From Ruditapes philippinarum (Eukaryota): a stretch of DNA of 64,000 nucleotides. Location: contig NW_026865396.1 in NCBI RefSeq assembly GCF_026571515.1, forward strand, positions 310,001 through 374,000, in the 5' to 3' direction. Each line of letters opens with the position of its first letter. The first letter of the stretch is position 1. The position numbers were made by a program, and so were the translations under genes. Of the stretch, positions 1 through 10,991 are shown one piece after another. The notes beneath the pieces are model-generated. The model worked only from the letters and a program-made list of their open reading frames with translations. It ran no database searches and was not told the origin of the DNA.

Positions 1-3000
1 TTATGGTAATACGGTTTTTTATATATATTTATATTACATTTTATATGTATGGTTATAAAATTACCCTTTGAGTGCCTCGCCCCTCTGCTGTTTTCTTTGG
101 TTTCCTGCTTGGCTCGTTACTGAAGGCTTTGTGTTGATGGGTTTTGATTGGGGCTGCGTTCATTGAATGTCGCAATTTCTTGTTAATCTTTTTTCTCCAT
201 AAAATTATTTTGTTTATATAAACTTATTTAACCCAGACAAACTAGGCGGGATATCACTTTATGTACTCTGTATTGTGGTGAACCATTCACCGGTTTAGAT
301 TTCTTAGTACTGTAATGCTTTTGACCGTTCATTGGCGGTACATTCGGTCGGTGTCCTCCGGTGTTCATTCTTTATATATTGTTTAAATTTATGTGCTTTG
401 TAATGGCGTTTCAATTAATTTTTGCCTTTTCAGTTAATGGCATGGCTGCGAAACGCGAATGTTGCTTTCCTTTTAAAGGTTGCAATATTATTCGATATTT
501 TAACGTAATTAAACTTTGCTATACTTTCAGTTGAGTTTTTTCCCCAACAAATCAAAGTGCAGATGTCATTAAGTTTTAGTCATATTTTTTATATCTTTTG
601 AAAATATACCACTTTCAAAAAATGACATATATAAATTAAGGCAAACTATTAAAAAATAAATGAATGAAAATGTAAATAATTATTGATATAAATTGAAAGA
701 AGATAAGATAGCAATTTTATATGCACATTTACCGAAAAGCGTGTATAGTGATTTTATAGAACAAAATGATATCTGCGCACAAAATCTTTCAAAATTTTAT
801 AGCGGCGTCAGTTTTGACAGCATTCATGACGTCACAAAACCGTTTTTATTTTCTGACACGCAGTAAATATCTCTTCATATCTGAATACAAATGAAACAAG
901 TGAAAGAGTTCATAACTTTATGAATACATTATCAAAAAATGTTTTGCTAATCAAAATTCTTTGTTGGCTGTGAAGCACTTTTGCGAAATGAAAATGATTT
1001 AGTGACTCTCTTTCTGTGTATAGGTAATTGTAACAATGAATCAATGTCATTTTATAAATAGGGAGTATATCATTGGTGTGCTTGGCTTATCAGCTCTGTG
1101 TTAAGTTGTTATGTCACGAGTCCGGGGTATAACTTCACACAATAAATGAGAGTGATACAATCTACCACAATAGCACATCTATGTAATTTTGTCATTATCA
1201 TATCTATAACTGCAGTAGCTCTCTAAAATGAATATCAATATTTAATATTTGAAAAAATAAAATAAAAGGAACTGTTTTACTTAAAAAAAGGTTATGAATA
1301 TTACGTCAATGTACCTTCATGACGCCAAGACTCGATACTATGAAAGATATTAGGACAATCCATATACCTTTTTGTGAGTATTCAGTTATATATAAATAAC
1401 TGTATTTTCATCAGAAAACGTAAAAAGAAAAATATGTTAAAAGCAATATCTACAGTAATACAAAAAAACAAGTTATCCAAATAGATTTTTTAAGAAGAAT
1501 GTGTTTATTATAAGTATACCAAAATATCCGTCGGAAATAGCTTTTAATCAATACGCGATCATGTTTTTTAACACATGTCATATTTACGGCATCAGCATGA
1601 AAAAAAAATCTTTTCATTTCATAAAAAATACAACTAGAATAGTATGCAAGAAGGCTAAATGAACAGTTTTTCATGCAATTAATGATATTTTACAAACCAA
1701 CCAACAAGTGATTGGAAAATCACGTGATTAAATCAGGGAAGTGTTTTAAAATGTCATCTGTTTTAACAGATATTGAGTTTTGGCCCAATGTTACGCTAAA
1801 ACGTGCATCTGAAAGCAGTAACTATGCATTAAAAATAATAAAAACTGGTCCTTCGGTTATAAAACCTTTTCCTGAGATCAAGATCAATCTATCTCGGGAT
1901 TTTCATTGGTCGATTCACATTTTGTGCCTGTTTCTGACCAATCAAATACCCGAGATCTGAGTTTGAGATTAAAATATTTCTTTATAACCTTGACCATTTA
2001 TTTACCAGAAAAAAGGTTGTACCACTTGTTTACCGGGTATTCACTTATTTCCTACTGTCACAATCATTAAGGAGAATACTTTATATATCCGTGTGGTGTT
2101 CAGTGAATGAATTACTGGTTCACCTCTTATCAGCATGATAGTTTACAATTATTTTTTAACACAGATGATACTTCAATATGATACCCGCTGGATAAATCAG
2201 TATGTAACTGTTGTAACAGATCTAACTGCAAGTTCGATGAACTTAAACTTAGACAGTTGCTTGTTTAGAATTATGATATGGAAACATCTTCAGAGCAACA
2301 ACCTTTGAAATACAAAGCTGTTGGTTGTTCCTCTCTAGTTATAAATTTGTAAATATTGTTTGTTTAAAGACAGAAATTATACAGTAACCCAGTGTCTTTA
2401 TATTGAATTTGACTTCATTGGGTTTCAATAAAAATGTAAAAAAAGAAAGAAAAAAGTAAATAAATGTGAGAAAATTCGTGATAATATTGATACTATATTT
2501 GTATATATCTCAATATTTACAAGTGAGTCTTATAAAAATCTAAACCAGCCTTCATTCAAGACAAAATAAACAGTTTTGATTTGTAAAATAAAAAAAAAAT
2601 GAAAAAACACTGAAGAATACAAACTATATTTTATTGACACCGGGTGGACGGCAAGGCGGCAATCGGAACTTACATTAAGTTCAAACATTTAATATGTAAA
2701 ATAATTCATTCCCGATACATTTTGGCGAATAGTTTGATAATGGGAAAGAAGAGCTGTCTAAAAACTGATTAAACTATTCATGATTTGAATAAGAAACGTA
2801 AAGACCCGGTAATTGTTATGATACCTAAATGCACCATAAATCTTATTTTATGTTGTAAAGATTAAAATTGCTACAAAAATGGGTGTGTGCATTCGTGTTT
2901 TATAAAGAAATTAAAGTACACTGTAGTTTAGCTGTACACAATGAGTCAATTTATTTTAGTCAGATTTGTTTGTTACCCCTGAAATATCAGACCTTGACTG

Positions 3001-3104
3001 ATATGTACCGATTGACGAAGGAACAATGTTTTCATATTTTGGCTTTAGGCTATGTTCAGGTGTGCTTCAGTCGGTGCTGGTGTGGGCCGTAGACGAACCT
3101 TACG

Positions 3105-3383
3105 TTTGTTCGTTTGTTTGATTGGGTTTTACGTCACACCGACACAATATAGGTCATTTGGCGACATTCCAGCTTTACTGGTGGAGGAAGACCTCAGGTG
3201 CCCTTCCGTGCATTATTTCACGCACAAACGGGCACTTTAGAATAACCACCGACGTTCCGTCAGCTAGCTGGATAGCTTCCTCACATAAAAGAATCCAAAG
3301 TTCCTGTCGGGATTCGAACCCACAGCGGTGAGGGGCAAGTGGTTTGAAGTCAACGACCTTAACCACTCGGCCACGGACGCCCC
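3105..3383 (-). mobile_element. tRNA-derived SINE, full length (resembles bivalve V-domain SINEs)
   Basis: Head GGGGCGTCCGTGGCCGAGTGGTTAAGG (A box), GGTTCGAATCCC (B box), (CAAA)n tail; approximate target duplication acctt(a/t)cgttt. Confidence 0.9.
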
Positions 3384-3884
3384 TACCTTTCGTTTACTAA
3401 TAGCGTCTCTGAACAGGCTCAATCAAACGAAGCGTGTAATATCTTCAATTTTGCTGTCATTTTGGGCGTTATTTAATGTATACATTTTACCTATGTTATT
3501 TGGATTTAAAGGATCTTTTGACATGAATTAAAAATAAAAGTTTAAAAACATGAAGCAGTTTGGAAGGTTTATTGCTACTAGATATATTTACAACAAACAA
3601 ATTAAAATTACACAACAGACACAACAGTGAAATATCACAAAATTAAACATGAAATCTTAATAAAGAAATATAAAATATTTATTACATCTGTAATAGTTAT
3701 ATCTACATGTATTTCAGATATTGTACAGATTGCAAACTCTGAACAATAACAAAAAAAGTGACTTTCGGCTTTGTTTTTCAGTTCGTGTAATAAGTTATAA
3801 GATTATAATTTACACATCTAGAATCACCAATCAGTTACAGTTGATGATTGACGCTGTATGGCATATTTTCCAGTAAAACTTTCA

Positions 3885-4180
3885 CACGCATTCTTTTTCT
3901 TGGGGATCATACGCCGCTTTTCATGGAATGACACTTCAATGTCACATTGAAGGTTCCATGATAACCGCCGTATGAACATATCTGCGGATGTTTCTAAATT
4001 CAAAATTTCACCATTTAAGTGTTCAAATGTTGAATTCTGCTTAAGCCGGTGCTAGAGGGGGTAAACGGTAACTTGCACTTTCCAGTACCGTCCATGAACA
4101 GGCTCAATCAAACCGAGCCTGCAACATTTTACAATTTTGCCGTGTTTGGCTGTCTTTAGGGATTTTGTTTTTCACTATTT
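3885..4180 (+). repeat. Dispersed repeat family A, copy 1
   Basis: ccatacgccgcttttcatggaatg..gaaggttccatgataaccgcc..gccggtgctag..taccgtccatgaacaggctcaatc; shared with 30900 and 44935. Confidence 0.88.
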
Positions 4181-4810
4181 CAGTAATATATAAAACACTC
4201 AAGTTAGAAATAGACATCTACCATATTATATACTATTCAAAGTCAAACATGGCATTCTTTATTGCTATAAGTCACCTTAATTCAAAAACAAAGGGAACAT
4301 ATTTCAGCTTCTGATTGCATATATGTCACTGGAGTCAGAAATAGCTGCAAAAAGCCGAAAAAAATAGCAACAATGTTATCTATTAAAATACATTGCTTTA
4401 AAAATTAGTAAGAAACAATAAATTTATATGCAAATATACACACATATATACAATTTTTATACGTTAAGAGAGAAATATTTTTGGATGAACAATTACTTTT
4501 CACTCACGACTGAAAGGAAAAGTAACGCCATTCTTCTTAATTTAATGTCTTCTGCTCACATACAAGGTAGAGGGACGTCACTGTGTTGTGTATGTTGGGT
4601 TTTCATATATTATATGCACGAAATTCACGTGTAAATTTTACAGTAATACAGACCGGCGATTTTGAATGAGTTTCATGTTTCTGACTAGACGACTTCTAAA
4701 ATATATTAATTGTTGAAATGAAGATTATATTTTGTATGCAATAAGTAAAAAACCATCTTTAAAAAAGGGCTCTTCAATATGGTAATTATATGCACAATTG
4801 AACATGAAAG

Positions 4811-4923
4811 TTATTTTGGTTTCAACATATACACTTCTTCAACGAACGATTTAATTCCCCAAGATTCTTGCCATTTGGTAAAAGCATCATGAATGTCAAT
4901 TTTCTGAATCCCGCAATATTGAT
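4811..4923 (-). CDS. TPMT: TPMT last coding exon (DQYCGIQKIDIHDAFTKWQESWGIKSFVEEVYMLKPK*)
   Basis: 113 nt; ttttcag acceptor; TAA at 4811-4813. Confidence 0.93.
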
Positions 4924-7900
4924 CTGAAAAAGATAATTCATTGTTCCATTATGTGTGTCGGGACTTGATTCAGAAACACGAAATACTCGAACGAGATAAT
5001 TTAACCCCTATTCCAGGTTTGTCCTTAGCGACAGCAGTGCTACAGGCACTATTCCGTCTATATAGACCAGGCGTAGCAGATCCATTAGGTATTTATTACC
5101 CGAGAATACGCCCACATTTTAATTATATACACACGAGACTGTATATAAAGAATTAATTTCAGCTAAAATTAGTGACTTAAACGCTGAAACTGCTCGTAAG
5201 TTGTAACACGATTACTGGAGTAGCAAGAAATCTCGTTTTTTAACACTACATAATACACCGTCAGCATTCAGTACTTGTCAAACTTGACAGGTTTAATTAA
5301 ATGGATTTCAATAAATCACGTTTCCATCGCTGTGAGAAATCTTCTCATTTTAAATAAATCACAGCTTCAAACATTACATTGCATGTTTAAATTACAATGC
5401 ACTTTGCATAGTATTTTTGTCATTGCTTAAAAATATTTAAAAAAATTATTATGTAACTTTCTAGCTACACAAATAATTCAAGAACCCCTATGCCAAGAGT
5501 GGAGTTGAGCCACCGATCTAAATTAGCTGGAGAGCTGCCTCACATGGAATAATCTAAAGTTCTACTCGGGATCGAACCATAGCTGCTAGGCGCAAATATA
5601 AAGAAATATGGACGGAAAGAATTGAATTAAAACAACTACAAAAAAACCAACAAAACAACAACAAAAAACAACAACTTACCGAAGCATTTTGAAACGTCTT
5701 TTGTCGTGCAGTTGAAGGGTGGACCTAAAAACAGAAGACAATTGTGATAGCTCCAAATTTATATCTATCAATTTTATTCATTGTACCAATGTCTTTTACA
5801 GTATATCATAAATATGCAATATTTTAAACACTAATTCACAAATTGCTACCCATGCTCCAATGCAAGCAATAATGACAATATTTTAATCACCTCAGGCAAA
5901 GGCTTTGCTAGACTCATAACTCATGTACATATATTTTACATAACTGCCCGTTTGTATTACCATACATGTATTTGTACCATAAATAGTTTCGAAACTTAAA
6001 AAAATGGCATCGTTCCCGTTTCAACTACAAGTCACAAACAGTCAAAGATAAAACGTGATTCGGTGATTTCAGTTATTTGATTGAAGATTCAATCAAAACC
6101 GGCATATAAACACATATGCTGATATTTAGAAATTGTACATTAAACACTATTTTCTTATTTAAATATATGGCGATAATTAATCCGGTAGGTGCTAGGTGGC
6201 ATGACCGATAGCTTGTATTTTTATACTACTGCCGTCTATGAACATGCTCAGTTACAAATTCTGTTGAGTCATGATGGGTGATCTTTATTTATATAATTTT
6301 GAAATTTTATTTGTAAAACACAACCTCATGAAGTCAAGCGTTTAATGTCAATATCAATAAATATCAAAATAGCAATTTAATTTTCGCAAAATATATTTTA
6401 TAAAAGAACTATTTTTCCTCCTTTAAAAATATCTGTCTCTTATTATAATATATTTTGCAAAAATTGAATTTCTATTTTCATCCAGAGAATTCCTATTTTA
6501 TTATATAAATTTAGGCCAAAGCTTATTTCAGATAATGGACAAACATACCTATCTACAAGGATATGCGACGATAAAAGAATAAACTCATCTTCATGTACAA
6601 GTACATTTATTTAAGGATGTAAACCCGGACACATTCATTCAATACATGTGTGCTTTTATACAAATAACAACTACCCACAGGGCACCGCCGCAATGGAAAT
6701 AGATAATTATTTGAAAAAGGGAAACGAAAGTACGCACAGGTAAATTAAATGAATTAAACGCAATATGATAGTATGGTTCACTATACAAAAAATATCCTCA
6801 ATACAAACTACAAAAGACACGATACGGACAGTTAGATTAGGCAGTGGGGCACCGCATAAGGAACATACACTGTGCATTACTGAAGATTTAAAAGGTAATC
6901 ATTCATCTCCCGGAACCTAAGTTCCTAAAGCGGGACATAAATGAGATTTAAGATATCAATTGCCTGAATATGAAATAAGTTTTGATAAAGAAAAAAAAAT
7001 GTAAAGAAAGTGATATTTTGACTTTCATAATTGTAAAAGTCTTAATTGCCAAAATGTAATAGACACAAAAGATAACTAAGGTATGTGACCAATGAGTAAA
7101 GTAACGTTTTTGAAACTGTAAAAGGATACCAAAACTAAAAAAAAACTGTTTTTAAAAACCATCATGTTAGGCTTAATGGGATTTTAATTGACATGATACA
7201 CGTTACCTGCAAAAGCCTCGTTGTCTACCAGAAAGCAATCCAACATATAACGACAGTCTGGTTTCATCAGGCTCTTCATCACATTAGCGTACCTGTAGTA
7301 AAAACAAACTTTCAAATTTCATCTGAAGTGGTGAAAGAAAGATACTATAACACAAGATCATAATGAATAATTTGTCGATTCTAAGTCATTAGTAATAAAG
7401 CGATTTTCCTGCTTTACTAATAATTCCGGTGCTACTTCTCAGGCATAAAAGGGCATCTGAAAGAAATCATGTTCCATTCGAAAAAAAACCCAGATACTAC
7501 ACATGAAAAAATCAAACGCAAATGCCGAGGTTCAAAGCAATAGCGGTTATACAATTATTTGTTTTGTATTTGTTTTGTATTTTTCTCTATTCATTGTATT
7601 TTAATTCAATCAATATTACTTTACAAAATATGATAAACAAGATCAACAAGGAAAGGCGGCGTTCAATGAACGCAACCCCCACATGACCCAGCAACAAGAA
7701 CCAATGGCAAGGAGCCCAGGGGGACCAAAGTAACATTACATCATGAAGCGTTCAGTATATTTAGAATATGATAAACAAGATCAACAAGGAAAGGCGGCGT
7801 TCAATGAACGCAACCCCCATATGACCCAAATATAAAAACCAGTGGCAAGGAGCCCAGGCGGACCCCAATCAAAAACAGGACAGGGCAAAGACAGAGCACG

Positions 7901-10900
7901 GACAGGTTAATCATTAAATGATATATAATTTGTAACTGATTAGGAATTCAAAGAAAAGAATAATAGGCCCACAAAGGGGAAGGGGACAGGAGACCGGGGA
8001 AGGGGGGGGGGGGTAAATCAAAGAAATAAAAACTAGAGGGCAATGGGGAAGATACTTACCGTAGACGAGAAAACAACAAGGGAAGATACTTACCGTAGAA
8101 GAGAAAACAACAAGGGACCCATCTTTAATATGGCTATCTTTATTATATTGAAATATATTATTTATGGCACCTTACAGATTTTCTATTGTCATGTTTTCCA
8201 TTCCCTTTTATACAAAACAAATACATTTTTCATACCATAAGTTATTGTTACGTTAAATGAACCCATTATAAGGTGAACGTACCGTTTTCTGTCTTTGACT
8301 GGTAGTGCAACAAATCCACCGCGGTCCCAAATACAGTCGAACTTTCCACATAGTTTGCTGAAATTACATTTGAAACTAATTATAAATCTACAGCGTGATA
8401 TTTAAAACGTTAAAAAATCAAATCTTGTTGCAGTGTTGCACGCGGTGCATAATTATCAGATATCATGACACGAAATAAATTTTTAAAAAATCAGAATTAA
8501 TAAATCATATATGATATCTTTTGCCTTTTTTTAAAGATTGCATCGTCTGAATAAAAAATGATTAGTTTTAGTGAAAACTGATTTGAAAGATTTCATTTAT
8601 GTATGGCTGACACATTATAAATGTTGTTAAACTACAGGAAAATGAAGACCATGCATTAGTTTTGTGAATAAAAATAACTTTTTAAGATATCATTCATCAA
8701 CGAATATTCCATTTAATACATGTAAGACTGCTTCTGACGGTATTTGATAAGAAATAATAAAACTAGAACTTGGGGAATCTTACAAATTTTTTCTTAAATT
8801 ATAACATGTAAGAAGTAAAAAATATATCTACAGAGTCCGTATCAACGTTATATTTAAAGAAATATTTTATTGTAAGGTTCCGTCATTTCTCCTCATTCGT
8901 TGAAGTTTTGTTTGTTTGATTGGGGTTTACGTCACACCGACACAGTAAAGGTCATTTGGCGACGTTCCATGTTTTACTGGTGGAGGAAGACCTCAGGTGC
9001 CCTTCCGTGCATTATTTCAGGCACGAACGGGCACCTGAGTAGAACCACCGATGTTCCGTAAGCTAGCCAGATAGCTTCCTCACATGAAAGAATCCAAAGT
9101 CCCTGTCGGTGAGGGGCAACTTCCGCAAGTGGTTTGAAGTCAACGACCTTAACCACTCGACCACGGACGCCCCATTCGTTGACGTAATTAAGTTAAGGAT
9201 TTAGTGTAAAAGGAATAATGTTAAGCATTGAGTTTAGTTCTAAAATTTGAAAAATACATGTACATCTTACTACCTAGTCAGGTCAAAGCAATCGCATCTG
9301 TAGATTTTTATTGACTTTCCGTCTGTAGCCTGGAAAAAAAATTCAATGCTTGAATTAGTCGGCTTCTAAATAATGCATATATATTACAAAACCACCGTGC
9401 TTTATTGATGTAACGCCGGAAATTATATAATGAAATATAAATGGAATATTTATGTAACGGAATTATGCTTCGGTGCAAACAGTCAATATCAATAGCCTGT
9501 GAAGTTCTTTAGTATGTCTCAACACCTACTGCAGTAAGATCATTTTCAGCCGAATCATTGAAAAAAAATCAAATGATTTTCAAAATTGGTGACATGCAGC
9601 TACAAATTTATGAACCTTTTTTCAAACTTCTCAAGGAAAATAATTTTGCACTAATATAAATTTGTTATAAAATATGAAAGGACGGGAGGCATTTAAAGAA
9701 CGCATCAACAACACAGGACCACCGGCAAGGTGCCTAGCAGGACATCTTTGGACAGGTTTAAATACGACAGTATAGAAACGCTTGTTTGTAATATAATCTT
9801 TATGCGGTGGCTGAACTGTGCTCTGGTAAATTCAACGTGGCTTACTGCCGTGACCCGGAGTGAAAACTACACAACACCACCATAATCTTTATACGGCGGG
9901 TTAAGTTCACAATCGTTTGGTTTGGACCATGTCAAGTAGTAGTCCTTACATAGACTCGTACATGTTTGAAACGAAAATATAAAATCAATTAATTAATCTT
10001 AAACGGAATAAGTTATATTATTATGCGCTCTGACTGACATTTAACCTATCTCGCTTGCAGCAACTGAATCTACCCATACGATCATTGCAGATCAAGATTA
10101 GCCGGTGAAGATGTTCCGCAATGGTCGCTATTCAGTCAGTACTTATTTTGAAATGATCTCTAACAATAATGAATGGTTGTGTTCAAATTCTACGATGGAC
10201 AAGTCAATTTAAGTAATTTAGTCTGGCAAAGGTTAATATGATGTCATTGTTTATGTCAGTATATCAAAGTTTTTCACTGATTGCCAAAAATATAATATGC
10301 TGGTAAAATAAACAAGAATTGACAGGTATATTAAATGAGCCGCGTCACGACAAAACCAACATAATGGGTTTGCGACCAGCATGGACCCAGACCAGCTTGC
10401 GCTACCGCGCAGTCTGATCAGGATCTATGCTGTTCGCTATCAGTTTCTCTACTTGCTATAGGGTTTGTAAGCGAACAGCATGGATCCTGATCAGACTGCG
10501 CGGATGCGCAGGCTGGTCTGGATCCATGCTGGTCGCAAACCCATTATGTTGGTTTTGTCATGACGCGGCTCAATTAATGTTATAAGCTCACCTTGTATAA
10601 CACCCCATCCACATCGCCTAGCTTCTCTGTTGTATATGGAATCTTATTTTCTTCAAAGAACTGTTTACATGCTGAGTCTACACACTCGTTTCCGACAACT
10701 TCGTGTCCTTCTTCCAGCAACCTGTTTTTAAAAGAACGTTCATGAAAAGAATCAGTTCCTATCTGAAATTCATATAAAGTTATATTTTCAAATTTATTAT
10801 AAATTAATTATCATAGTTATATGTATGCAAAATTATAAATGGTCATGTCTGTGTTTTTATATAACTCTAGGAATATACTTTGCCTTTGTGACAACGCATT

Positions 10901-10959
10901 TGTAACAGTGACGAAAAAAAATTCCAAACACTAAATACACCCACCAACCCCCCCCCCCC

Positions 10960-10991
<32 letters not shown>

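Noticed and set aside
3052-3366. Overlapping ORFs, including the MVKVVDFKPLA.. pair at 3175 and 8974
   Set aside because: They are translations of two copies of the same SINE.
3300-3383. tRNA gene
   Set aside because: A and B boxes are present but continue into a SINE body and tail with a target duplication; no complete acceptor stem.
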